Notes: a model not told the origin generated them from the sequence alone. Numbered from the whole stretch's first letter, positions 36,206 to 49,716 are shown. The stretch: DNA of 63,958 nucleotides, filler included, from Reticulomyxa filosa (GCA_000512085.1; 18 parts of 18 records of this genome joined end to end with filler, not necessarily neighbours in it), one strand, 5' to 3'. Numbers and translations are program-made.

Positions 36206-38804
36206 TCATTCACATCGTCATCATCGTATAATAATAATAATAAGAATAAGAATTATAATAATCATCAGCAACGTCGTCATCACAATCATAGCAAGGACCC
36301 CAGCGAGGGCCACTACACAAAGAGCCATGCCAGCAAAAACAGTCGACACTCGCGCAAGAAACACAAACACCGAACGAACAAAGAGCGCTCCTTTGCGCGT
36401 CCCAATCCATGCGAGGACCATCATGGCCACATCGCCACCGTCGCTGCTGGCGCAGCTGCTCAGTTTCGAAACTCGAATGTTCCAACGCGGCTTACTATTG
36501 TTCATTCGCGCCAAACAAAGGTTGGAACAACACATCCCTCTCAATGCCAAAATCGAGTGTGTGACGCAACTCACTCCGAAACAGGTACGTAGATTGCCTC
36601 TTATATATATATGTATATATACAAATACATATATGTGTATGATATATTTACAACAAAGTGATAACCAAAAAAAATGATAGAATGTTTGGACAATGAAAAC
36701 ATCAAACGAAGACGACGATGATGATGATGAAGAAGAAGAATAAACGCGACTGTGAGCATATACAGACGCAGTCCGTGAAAAGTGACGACGGCCAGCATCG
36801 ACATCACAACGGCTCGCATCTTCCTCAACAGCTTTGCCACGAATTTTCGAGAAAGTTCAAGTCGACAAGCCTGCCGTTGTACAGCAAATACAGTGCGGTG
36901 GAAGAGAATATTCAACTCCACCACAACAACTCTAACACGACAACAGCATCTGCAACAGCAATTGCAGCCACGACAGATAATCTGGCGAGCACAAACGACC
37001 GTAAACGCAAACAGACATTCGAGGACACTTGCACAGAGCCTGGAATATCGGTAGGAAAGAGGAGGGTTCAAAGGCAGCCCCCTGCACAAAGTAAAACTCG
37101 ATTGCATGAAACGTCGTTCAAAAACAACAATAACAACAACAATAAGCACGAGCACTATGACAGAGGCCAGCGGCGGACATTGCCACTACTGTCCAATGAA
37201 CACATTGTCCAGAGTGCCCATCAACACAAGCCGACCATTATTCTTCCTGTTCCACATTCGAGTCATAAGGCTGTGACTAATAACAATGGTAATATTGAAA
37301 ATGGTGATGATGACGATGATGATGACGATGATGATGATGATGATGATGATGATGAAGATGACGATAGAAATGACGGAAATGAAAAAAAGGAACTGTTTTC
37401 TTCTTCGACTACAAATGCCAAAGTTCCTTCGCAATCAAAGTTACGCGAAACAAATAACTTGCCAGCCAGCAAAACACAACAACATCAACAAGATAATGAC
37501 AAATCCAGTGACATTAGTAACACCACCAACAGCCTACAGCACTCCAACCATTACAAACGGCAAGTGTTTCAAAGAAATGTCGAAAAACAAACTACCCAAT
37601 CCAATTTAAAGTCGATTCATATCTCTTCTGACAATGAAACTCTAGTTTTGTGCAAAAAAAAAAACAAAAAACAAAACATGCTCTGCAATGTATATGCATG
37701 TATACGTATCGCATGCAATATTCAGCATATAGTTTGTTTTTTTTTTTTTTTGTGGGAGGGCGGGAAAAAAAAAGGAGAAAAAGGGCCCCGTGGCAACAAG
37801 AATAAGCAGGAAAACAGAACCATCGAGATCGGTATCGTTGATAAAAAGAGCAGACAAAAGTGCGATTCCTCTAACCAAAATTGTGACTCCAGACTTGATG
37901 CCTTCGCTTGTGCACGACAATACACTTGACGAAAAGACAGGTTTTTTGGAAAGTACCCAACATATTGGTGACAGGTATGGCATTCAAGACTTTGGCCAAG
38001 GGAATGATGACAAGAACGCAGATGTAGATGTGCACTCGCATCGTACAACTAGTCGGCATTATCGCCTTTCTCCCCTCGACTCTGCGCTGCATGCTACCGC
38101 AGTGCCTCCGTCTCTCAAAATCTCAGACAATAATGCAAATAAAGGTCACTCCCAAACTCGCGAAAAAAATGGAGTGATTGTGTCTCACAATTCATTTCAA
38201 AATAAACATGGCAGTCATAGTAACCTCCTCCACGTCCGTGACACCTTCCAATCTCATTTGCTTGCCACTGCTCCTCCTTCCAAAGAAAAACAAACATCTG
38301 ATAAACAGACCATCGCAAATGCTCCCGATTCTTCACATCAGCAATTCCACGAAGATATTGTTGAAACAACTGCTCCACATCTTCGACAATTGAGCACTAG
38401 TGAGAGTGTCGAGGCCTTGCTTGTGCAAGAAGGACTAGGTTTATTTGCGTGCGTGCGTGTGTGTGTTTGTTTGTTTTCTCCTTTTTTCCTCCTTCTCCTC
38501 CTCCTTATCTCCAAAATATCATCAAAAAGGAAAACCCGAGGATCGAATGCAAGAGCTTGAAAAATGGCATGGAAAAGCATTTATACAAGAAAAGTTGGAG
38601 GGTGATGCATCTATTCTTTTATATGATAGAAACAGTCGTGCAAGAAGTCTTCAAAATGTTTCTAATAGATATAAGCCTCCACTATATCCAAAAGAACAGA
38701 GACATTCTAACACGCTGCCAAATCAAAATACTGAATATTCTGAACAACAAGACAGTGATGACGAACACACATCAAAGCATGATCAGATGACAGATATTGA
38801 TTAA
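32790..38804 (+). CDS. Large low-complexity CAMK/CDPK-derived pseudokinase (multi-exon, some frameshifts)
   Basis: MGQDCAVC N-terminus; kinase-fold exons FYVVSFEAIPGRSL, KELLQAVFFLHSHNIAHLDISPES..LCHFQ, DMRSIGILTFLLLTANYPF and ISSDARSFVAQLL..RLTAQQALLHPWI; HK, NS, NG, poly-S, poly-Q and poly-D tracts. The 3' extent is uncertain. Confidence 0.7.
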
Positions 38805-41133
38805 AAATCAGTGTTATTTTTTTTTTAATCTCAAATTTTCTCAATCTCAATCAAATTTTTTCTTTGACAAACTCGACTCAAATAATCAATAAAAATTAAA
38901 CAAACAACATCCAAGAGGTGTTATGTTGGATTTTTTGTATAATGAAATTTTTTACACATTGCTACTAACATATTAACGTATGAACAACAATAATAACAAT
39001 ATTGCTGCGTGGCTTCTTTTTCTTCGGTTGTTTGTTATCATTTGTTTATTTGGTACCTAATTATCAAAAAATTAGTCATCAACTCTGACTATGCGTACTC
39101 CAAATGGAAATCAAAATTTGACATTCAAAATAGAATTCACAACAAACTTGCTAATCTACAATTTTTGTTCGAAAATTTCGACATCGTGAGCAAAAAAACA
39201 AGGAGCAAAACTAAGTGGGCTGGTAACAATCTTTACCAAAAAAATTCAACAAATGTTCTTTGATTGTCTTTTTGTTTGATGGATCTGATGTTAATTTCTT
39301 CTTTTTTCTTATTCGCACTCGATAATTTTTTGACGCTGACGACCTACAAAAAGAAACTTGCGCAACAAGTCGAATATTATTTGGGCATTTGAAAATCATC
39401 AATATATCTGTATCAAATGTAAACTCCAATATGTTTCAAAAGTGCTACATCATCAATACACTTCCGCAACCACTACCTTCTATTGACTCTATCATGTGGC
39501 ACAGATCCAAAAATCGGTGTACACTCAGTCCTACCACACACTAGTCCATCCGATACCATCCTACAACTCCTTACACAATCACAACACCATGTACCACATT
39601 AGCGCACTCTACACCATCATATACCAACATACTACACTTTATTCCACTATGCCCATTCAATGAGCAAACAGACGATGCTAACAACAGAGTCAATCTTGCT
39701 TAACCCAAAAGACACATAAGATGGACACCACAATCAGTGTAATATCGCACTTGTGTCAAAGTGCAATTCCAAATTGCACAAACGGGTTCATAACATGCGC
39801 TAAAAAAAGTTTAGTATTTATTTCTCCAATCAAAACTTTTAAAAAATGTTATTGTTTTACAAGTGCCAGAGAACAAACACCAGCTAACAAAAACAATGAC
39901 TCAAGTTCGTCAAAAAAAAAGAATTTTTATTTTATTTTATTGAATCGGATAGTGTGATTTTAATTGTTGTACAGAACATGGACTACAAAACCACACTGGT
40001 AAGCAGCCACGGGTCCACATACGCACAAAAAAAAGTTTCGCTTTGTTATTGTTATTATTATACATTATTGTTATAACATAGGTTTTATTGTTTTTAAGCA
40101 TCCAAACATCACAGTCTGCAAGCATTAACTGGTTCACAACGAATGCTCACAAAAAAAAATTTTGCTTTGTTGTTATTATTTTTATATTATCATTATATGA
40201 TTTTATCGTTTATAGAACGCATGCTTCCGAACACGCTTCAGCACGTGACCACGGTTCCCAGCTAGTGTTCTAAAAAAAAAGATGTGTTGTTTTTTAAAAA
40301 AATAGTAGCATAACTTTGTCAATGGAATGAAAGATGCAAATATGTATACGTAGTAATGTTATATACACAATATTGTCGTCTATAAAAAAATGATTGAAAA
40401 TATTTTGTTAAAAAAAGAAAACGGGTATATGTGTGCTGTTTATATTTGAATTGAAATAACACAAGCTGCAATGATCAATAAATAACACAGATTTTAGATT
40501 GAACATTTAAGTACAAAATGCTGAAGCGCATTAAAATAATATGAATGAAGCATTTGACTTGCAACATTTATATACTGGCAAACACAAGATATTGCTAGGT
40601 AACTTGTGGATTATAACTTGACATAAGCACAGAACAAATTTTCAAGAAATATTCTTTTTATTTACAATGACAAATATCATACAACACAGCACTAGCGCAC
40701 ATAATAATAAACACACCACATCTACTACCACACATAAAATCACAAAACAATATCTAACAAATCAAAACTACAAACAACAACAATTTAACACACTCCAACA
40801 TAATCCATCTAACAAACACATCACACAACATTATAAATCAACAAATACCAACATAACAAATCACACTAGTACCAAATAAAGATTTTATTATAAATTTGAA
40901 TGCTTTTTATAAATTGTAGAACAATAACAAAATTAATATATATTTTTCTCGATAAATGGAAAGCCATTGTAGAAGCTATTATTATTGCTTCATTAATATA
41001 AAATGTAAATAAACATAAATTAAAGATACAATAACATGTTTTACGTGTTGTTTGTGTTTTTCTGCAAAAGGGGCTGCAACGTTAATTTTTTTTTTGAAAA
41101 AGACAAGTTTAAATACCTAAACCGAGTGTGAAA

Positions 41134-44100
41134 ATGTCATCTATGGACCAAGGAAAACCAGAATTTATGAAAGATTTTGCCAAATTTATTATGCAAGATA
41201 AAGTTGGAGAATTTGTGATTTTTTTTTTGTCTCTCTGCCAGACTACTAATTTTTTCAACAAAATTGTATTTTGCTTATTTGTGACTTGAATAATTGATAT
41301 TTCACCTACATTTAGGAAAATGGAGCCCAAAAACTTAATGATCAACAACTAGATGAAAATGAAACAAATGACAACATATCAACGACATCAGACGACAACA
41401 CGTTAACGACACCAGACGACGATCCCAAATTACATCCCGAATACAATAATAAGGTAGATTGTATGTTTGTGGGTGGTTGTCTTACACTGCAACACAACAA
41501 TAACAAAAACAACAACAAAAACAACAACAAAAACAACAACAAAAACAACAACAAAAACAATAAAACAGACAGAGCGTAGTACCGTCATCTCAAATGAATC
41601 GGTACGTATACTCTTTATCCTTCAAATTTTTTAGGTTACCTATTGATAAGTATACGTATTGTGAGCTCTTTCGAAGAACAGCCTTGAAGATCGAATAAAA
41701 AATTGTGTATATGGAAAATGAAAGGGACAAACCAAAATTACGGATGGAAGACAAGGAAGTGTTAACAAAGATGAAATTAACTTATTTTTCAAATCCTCAA
41801 CTAATGGAATTCAGGACAATAAATCAGGTATAAAATCGCATCACCACAAATTTTTTCAGAAGGGAGAATTTTTTTTTTTTTTTGAAAAAGTACGTAATCC
41901 AACCAAACGTGAAACAAAAAGGTTTACGGTTTTTTGTTTTTTTGTGCAAAAGTTGCCTCAGAAGTGTATGAAAATTCTCAAGGTATGTTATCACAACTCT
42001 GTAAATATTCTGCTTACACTAGAAAAGTGAAAATGCAAGCCACTTTAGAAGATTGCTTTCCAGATTATTTTAAAAGTTGCCTTAAAGATCTGCGTGAGAA
42101 ATTAGATGGATTAATTCAAAAAGTTGTGTTGTTTTTAAAAAAAAAAAAAAAAAAAGTAAAAAACGCCAATTTTTTTAAAATTAGGATTCACAACCATCTG
42201 ACGAGGATCCCAATTATATCGTGCTATGTGGCCCACGCGGAGCAGGCAAGTCAGAGGTACTCACCCGTGGCTCGGATACGTATATACCAAAAAACAATAA
42301 GTCGCTGTTGCGCATGTCAATTAGTTTTACGGGCGACACTCCATTACTGTTATCGACCGAGTGGAGCCAGAGAGAATGTGAACTCAATTCATTGGTCAAC
42401 ATTTTCGAATTCGAGTCATTGGTGAGAATTTGCTTTGAATATTTTTTAGAAAAGGAAGAAAAGGAAGAAAAAAAGGAAGAATACATACCCAAGCAGCACA
42501 TATCAAGAAAAGCACTATTTCATAGATTTTACGGCGCTTTTTTTTCCTGGTTTGACGGATTGTCTGACAAACCCAAGACCAAAGTTGTTCTGAACTGTAT
42601 ACTACAAAAGGAAAATAAAGATATGTTATTGCTTTGTTGTGATGATATTGACCAATGGGGAAAACATCAGGTATGTGTTTTGTTTTGTTTTTTTTTTTTT
42701 TTTATACATAACAAAAAGGTCAAATAAATAAAAAAAATGAAATTAGGGGAAGTACTGTGAGCACATGATGAATTGTGGAGACAAAATTCTAATGGTTCAT
42801 ACCAGTACATCAAGTTCCAACTTCTGCGAACGCAACAATTCCAATGTAATATGTATAGACCACATTAACTGGAAAAATGAAATAAAGAAAGAATGGTCAA
42901 ACAGTGGCTCGGAACACATTATAGATACGCTATGCAATTTGTGTGAGATTCACACACCGTCGTATGCCGTCCTTACCCGTGCCTTGCAGGAACAAAGCTC
43001 GCTCTTTAGAAGGCATTTGGCAAAAGGCAAGTTGAGTGAATGCATCAGCGCCTTGGAGAATGAATCGCTACAAAATCCTACCATGCAAAATTTGCATCAA
43101 CTGTTTGTGAAGCATCACGATGTCATTTGGCATCATTACCTTTTCCAAAGGGAATCGGATTGGAAAAATGCATCGTGGGTTCATTTCGCTGAAATGGGGA
43201 TTATTCAAAAGCTTGAATACGAAATGAAGTCCAATGTCACACAATCAAAAATATCAGCTGAAGGAGATGACGATATGATTGAAGAAAAAAAAGAAAATGA
43301 AAATGAAAATAAAAATACATCCAAGTGTTCAATACGTATTCGCATCCCTCCAATATTTTTGTTGTTGCTGAAAGAGGGACAGGCTCCACAAAACAGTGTG
43401 TTTGTAAATGGAATGGTGGAGATTACGAAAGCGTTGAAAACTCCTAGTTCTTCAACCTTTGAAGGTTTCTGCGCGGCGATCATTTTGTTAAAATTGGGGG
43501 CACTTTGGAAAAAATATGGCAATGACTACAGGGTACGTTTGGCCGAGTTCATCCCTGTCATAAATGCAGATGACAAATTTAATGACATAGAGATTGAAGT
43601 GATAGAATGTACAAAAGTGACATCTATTGGAGAACAATTTGTGCACGTCAAACATAAACTTGACGATCGATTGGGTGTCATCACATTTCACCAATGTAAT
43701 CGAGGGTTTGACATATTGGTCCGGTTGAACGGTTATTACAAAGGAGAGAGCAGAGTTGTGTGGATAACCATTGAAGTTAAAAACAATAAATTAGACAAAG
43801 ACTCAACTGAATATAAAAAAGATACAACTGAATATGAAAAAGATACAACTGAAAAATCCAAAACACCTAAATGGGATATAGTGGTACGTAATGGACTTAT
43901 ATCAGATACAACAACTTCTTCTGCAAATGAAACGACAGATTCCACAAACTGTTTGTTTGTGAAAAGCAACAAAGAAAACAAAAAACAAAACAAAAAATAA
44001 AACAAAAGAACAAACAAAAAAACCGACAACTTCCACAAACGAAGCGACAGCTTCTACAAAACCGGACATCGTCGATGACAGATTGCAGGAGCAACAAGCA

Positions 44101-44319
44101 ATGACAAGCGAAGACTGTAAATCCATTGACGGTAAAAATGTCATGGTGTACATTGCCATCCTACGAAACATAAAAGACTTCAACTACTCTGTTTATGTAT
44201 ACGACTTGTATGCCGATTTCTGCGATGAATTTAAAGAGTTTGCCAACATGATTATGAATGGAGTCGAGAGGCAATGGAAAAATGATAGTGCTGTTCTTGC
44301 TTCTTCTTCTAACAAATAA
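41134..44319 (+). CDS. Crinkler/RHS (CR)-type P-loop NTPase + PD-(D/E)xK nuclease protein (multi-exon)
   Basis: Walker A GPRGAGKS (42230-42253), ISFTGDTP, Walker B LLLCCDDID, then STFEGF...NRGFDILV...ITIEVKN. Introns 42123-42184 and 42671-42746 keep the frame. The 5' exon structure is tentative. Confidence 0.7.
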
Positions 44320-44969
44320 AAACTTTTCAGTACTAAAACATCTTGTTTATTGTTAGTGTTTTCACGTTATTATATTTGCCATATTATTTTGGTGTATTGT
44401 CTTATTTGTTTGCGTTTTGACTCTTTTCTTGTCCATTCCAATTCCTTTTTTTTTAAACTGTATTGTGTAAAGAATGCTTCATTTATGAAAAAGAACACAC
44501 CACATGATCAATTCGGCTAGATTGAAAACGAATAATGCCCATTCTATTTCATATTCTTTTCATGGCTTTTTTTGAACCAAAGATATCGAAAGAAAGGATA
44601 ATTCTGTGTATGTAAATACAAATTTACAGGTGTGGAAAAAGTCCTAACACATTATGAAGATGATCGATTTTCTAAGTCAAAAATTAACATTTTTCAAAAA
44701 ATATCTAATCTTCAAGCGTTTCAAAACTCATTTCAATTTTTTGTCAATTACAAACATTAGTATTTGCTTATTGTTTTTTCTTGCCAAAAGATAGATGAGA
44801 TTAGACTAAGTTTACAATTAATAAGAGTAAAGAAAACTTTCAATTAGAAATTTTTTCATTTATAATTGCAATTTTATCCTAAGAGAAAATTGGTAAATTT
44901 CATAATTATGAAATAAAAATAAAAATTAAAAACCATGTTTATTTTAATTTTGCTTCTTCAAAATGTATT

Positions 44970-45473
44970 TCATCTACTGTATCTCGTGATAACTTTATCA
45001 AAGTCATTGATCCATCCAAATTTTATATTTGAAATTCGAATCCAACGCTGAGTAATACATTTGATCTCATTTTTTGACTGTTTGTTATTTATAATTAGTT
45101 TCAAACAATACAATTTATTCAAATAAATAAATAAATAATTACCAAATGTGAAGAATCCCATACACGCATTTTAGTCTTTATGTGAGTTGATACTATTGTA
45201 TTTTTATCACCTTCTCCTCCAATTATATGAATGTGATTATCTTCTTCACTTAATATTGCAGCACATCCACATAATGGACTGGGTAACGTGTTTTGAAATG
45301 TCATCCATTTATTTTCTCGAATTAAATACTTGTGTGTCGCTTTTGAAATACTCGATTTATTACTAATACATCCACCAAAGAACAAGATAGCATTATTAGT
45401 ACTCACATATGCATATTGATGGAATAGTGCAATATCATTACAAACAGGTAGTTGATGAAATTGAAAAGTGTTG
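44970..45473 (-). CDS. Kelch-repeat family protein, C-terminal fragment (exons 45473-45143 and 45077-44970)
   Basis: ILFFGG..HKYLIRENKWMTFQNTLPSPL..HIHIIGG..STHIKTKMRVW, then last exon SKNEIKCITQRWIRISNIKFGWINDFDKVITRYSR*. Confidence 0.9.
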
Positions 45474-45573
45474 NNNNNNNNNNNNNNNNNNNNNNNNNNN
45501 NNNNNNNNNNNNNNNNNTTAATTAATTAANNNNNNNNNNNNNNNNNNNNNNNNNNNNNNNNNNNNNNNNNNNN

Positions 45574-46106
45574 ATGTCCCGTACGCCGTCTGCGATCCCA
45601 ACGTACAAAACACACCTATCGATGCCACATACTGGCCTGGAAATGCCCCTGGAAATTGTAAGACCTCGTCACCTGGGAGACACCACAAGCACAATTGAAA
45701 AGGATTGAAAAAAAAAAAAAAAAAAAAAAAAAATTTAATTTGTAGAAATATATTATTTGGACCACTTTTAAAAAGCCATATAAAAAGTTATATTGTTCTT
45801 TTCGGAAACGTATTTATGTTTATGTTTTTGTTGTTAAATACTGGCTAGTGTTGTTACTCCTGATGTTGTAATCAATTCCTTCCTCACACTGTTGACCAGG
45901 TCATTGTCTACTCCTAATGCCTTTCCTCCCAATATCCATGAACCTTGCCCAACATTTGACACGCAAGTACTTGCTGTTTTCAACTTTATTGTCTGCGTCG
46001 TCCAATTCAAAGGAAAGGTCAATATGCCCGATATGTCGCTGAGACTTGCTGCTCGTAACAAGGAGGGAAGAAAAAATGACACAAGTAAAACGAACAACTT
46101 TTGCAT
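45574..46106 (-). CDS. Secreted hypothetical protein, N-terminal exons (partial)
   Basis: Signal-peptide-like MQKLFVLLVSFFLPSLLRAA. A second exon (DEVLQFPGAFPGQYVASIGVFC) runs off the contig. Confidence 0.55.
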
Positions 46107-47876
46107 GATTTTTTCTTGAATGAGATGGAAATTGTTTCTTCAAGCAAATGCAAGCAAAAATGATGGAAGTAACAAATAAAACAATTTACCAGTCCTTTTC
46201 CTTTTTTGTCTAACCTTTTCACTTTGTTTTTCGAATCAGTATTACAATTGCTTTCATCAAATCTATAATATTTTGCAATAAATATTACAACGTATCAAAA
46301 TGACAAAAATATACTCGATTTTTTTAGTTTTTTGCAGAGTACTTGCAAAGAAACTAATTTTTTAAAAAATGCAAAATTCGAATGTTGCGTTTAACACATC
46401 AAAAAATTGTTAACTTAAAAAAAAGTGTAAATTAAGTGCAATATATTAATATAATGAAAGAGTTTAAAAATATGCTTAAGTTAAGATATCACAATAATTG
46501 TTGATGTTTGTTTAAAATAATCAATACAAAAATTTTGCAATAAATCAATTGAATGTTTTGAATAAAATGCAAGGCTAAAATATATGGCAATATCTTCACC
46601 GCTTATTCAACAATTGTCCTAACTTCTTTATATTTTTTTTAAAAAATTATTGTCGTATATTATTCATACATCATTATTTATTAAGTGTTAGATGCAACGT
46701 TTGTTAACAATAAGATATTTAAGGATCACTTCCTTCAATACGCTTATGAAGAGGTATTTTCTCAAAAATCAGCGTCATTTGTTTCTTGAGTTGTTATACT
46801 CGGCGAAGAAAAAATTGCCTTCTCTTTTGTTGACAAAGATTCAGACGAAAAAATCTGTAGTTCATACTATTAAACAACTTTTATGCAGTTTTTCCATTTA
46901 TTAACTTTTCAGACTGTTTAGAAGGATCAGTACAAAAACTCGGACGAGTGTAAAAGTACTAATTTTTTAAAGTGTCCCACCGTTTAATGCTTGGATTGCT
47001 ACTTATCTAAAAAACCTTTGAATTCTTCAGTTTGTAAGGTTGTCATTATCTTACAAAAATCCTTTTGGACCAGTACATAACATGAACGCAATTAAACCAA
47101 CGTTTTTTGTGTCGTGGTATGTGTTTACAAACAAAAGTAACCAGCTGTGATAAAAAAAGAGCGAGCAACTATAACAGAATTTCCATGCTCAAGACAAAAA
47201 ATGTATCACACCATAAAGTGTTTAAAGCTAAGCAATAGCATTATGGATGCATTTTCAGCATTGAAAGGGTATTACCTATTATACCAAAAGTACCCAGTAA
47301 AGCTATTGTTGGAATCTGACGAGCATAAAGCTACCAATTATGTCGTATTGTGCAAGTTGACAATATAAATTTATACAGATATTTTTTATGTTGACTCCAA
47401 CGTAACAAAGCAAAGCCTGTATGTGATTTATGGCATTGACTAAGTGATGAAAGCTTCTGTATTAAATAGTGCTCCATCTGCACTGTCCAAAATAATTTTT
47501 TCTTTTAATTACCTATTTTGTCAGGAAAAAAACTTTTTGAAGATATTTCTAGCATGTAAAAATCAATGAGTAAATTTTGCAAAAATTAATGAATGATATG
47601 AATTTGACACTACAACATAATACGAGAGTGAATGTATTATAACAACAAAAGAAATTTTTTTCAGTGAACAATAAATCATCAAAAGGAAAATAAAGCTACA
47701 AAATGTATTTGGTTGACATTTGCATCAATTGATATTGAAAATAGTTTTTTATGATAATATCAAAAAACTTACTTGACAAAAATATTTATGTATTAAAAAA
47801 TTATTGTTTAAATCTTAAATTGCCATTATTTCGTCATACAAATGAAAAAAAAGAAATTTTATTTTATTTTTAAAAA

Positions 47877-48084
47877 AAGAAGTGTTATTCATGTAAAATA
47901 AAAATGGTATAAATACATAATAATTTCATTTGACTGGTCATCGTTAAAAACTTTAAAAAATATCATCAATATATAAATTTAATGCACTTGACTTAAGTAA
48001 TATTTGAGTTTATTTCCAGTATGTAAAAATGACTTTAAATTTGTATTTATATGTCCGGTTTGTATCACATGAATGACACTTCTT
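47877..48084. mobile_element. MITE family B, copy 2 (208 bp)
   Basis: Left end AAGAAGTGTTATTCATGT and right end ACATGAATGACACTTCTT match 17/18 as inverted repeats, extending imperfectly to ~40 bp; no ORF. Confidence 0.7.
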
Positions 48085-49716
48085 ATTATTATTTTTTTTA
48101 ATAAATAATATTGATAAATATTTGTAATGAAATTTATGTTAAAAATTGAGTTTATCAAATTAATAATTGAAAAAGAATTACTTTTGTTGTATTAATTCAA
48201 TAACAATTGTTGAGTGGATCTATTTACAAGAATAAACAGTGTTTGCAAAACAATTATTCTTCTTTTCAGATTAGTTCGTTTACTGTCATACATAGATTAA
48301 ATAAACAAAATCTGAAATCGATTTCACAATTATTTTTTTTACATTGACTGTAACAATTTTCTTTTTTTTAAAAAAAAATATTAGAAAACTTTTTACTGCA
48401 ATAATATCATCGTTAAAAATTTAAGATTGTCCAAATTAAAATCTTCAAAAAGAAATTTGATTCAACATTTTTATTTTTTCAATCAAAAGAAATAATAATT
48501 CAAAGTGAATATTGATCAAATTATTCATAATAAAGATTATCTATCTTTCAAAATGCAATAAACATTTTGCTTAAATTGATATATTACAATACAATATTTT
48601 TTTATTCTTTCATCACTTCAAAAATCAAATAAGTGGTAATAATTTATTCAACTCTTTCATTATTTATCTTTAAGTCATAGTGAAACAATCATTTGTTGCC
48701 ATTTATTGGTCTTTGATTGTGGTATGCTCAGAATTTGAATGATATTGTCAACATTTTGAAGCTTTCATATTGAATAGAAAAAAAGTGAGACAATAAAAAA
48801 ATAATTTCACATAACTAATATTGTACATATGGAAAGAAAGTTGATGTAACGAATAAAATTCAGCATATTTATCATCTTTCTATTTATTCCTTCATTCAAA
48901 AAATGATCATACGATCTGACGACAAATCTTTGTATTACAATCATTCATTTGTCAATCTATCATTTAAGTAACTTTTTTCTTTTCTGAATATTCTAAATTA
49001 TTTTTGATAATAATTATGTCAAAACTTGACTCACTTACATCTGTTCATCACAAGTTTTGAAGTTATATTATTTGTTTGCTATGCAATAACTTTGATAATT
49101 TGTTACAAAGATCTATCATTGTGTTATTATCTGTCGTACAAAATATGTTTTGTATAATGTCTTAGTTCATGTCAAAAAAAATCTCACTTTAAACAAATGC
49201 AGAAACTTGCTTATCATTACCAAAAGCATCTGCGTGTGTATGTATGATACCCACTGTCGAGTAATGAAGCAATACTTGATATAAATTTGACACCATAATA
49301 TGATATCCTTATCTCAAAAATCATATTTAATTGACAAAAAAAAAGACTAAACAAAGCATTATGGTAATTTAAAAAATTACAAAATGTGTTATTCACATTT
49401 ACATCAATTGATATTGAAAACATTTGTTTGTTACAGAACAAAAAAAAGTATATCAAAAATTTATTTACATTTTTGCAAAATAAATAACTTCAAGAAATGA
49501 TTTTAGATTACCATTATTCTATTAAAATAATTTTTTTGATTTCAAATATGGGAAGTTGCTAACTTTATGTCACATTGTACAAATTGAAAATGTTATTTAT
49601 ATTTTTCTTCTTGATCCAAAACCGATATCAATTGCAGAAGCGTTTGTCATATCATGTTATTTCAGTAATATTACTCGGAAATGCAAAACCTTAAAGCAAA
49701 TACATTTTTTTTTTAA

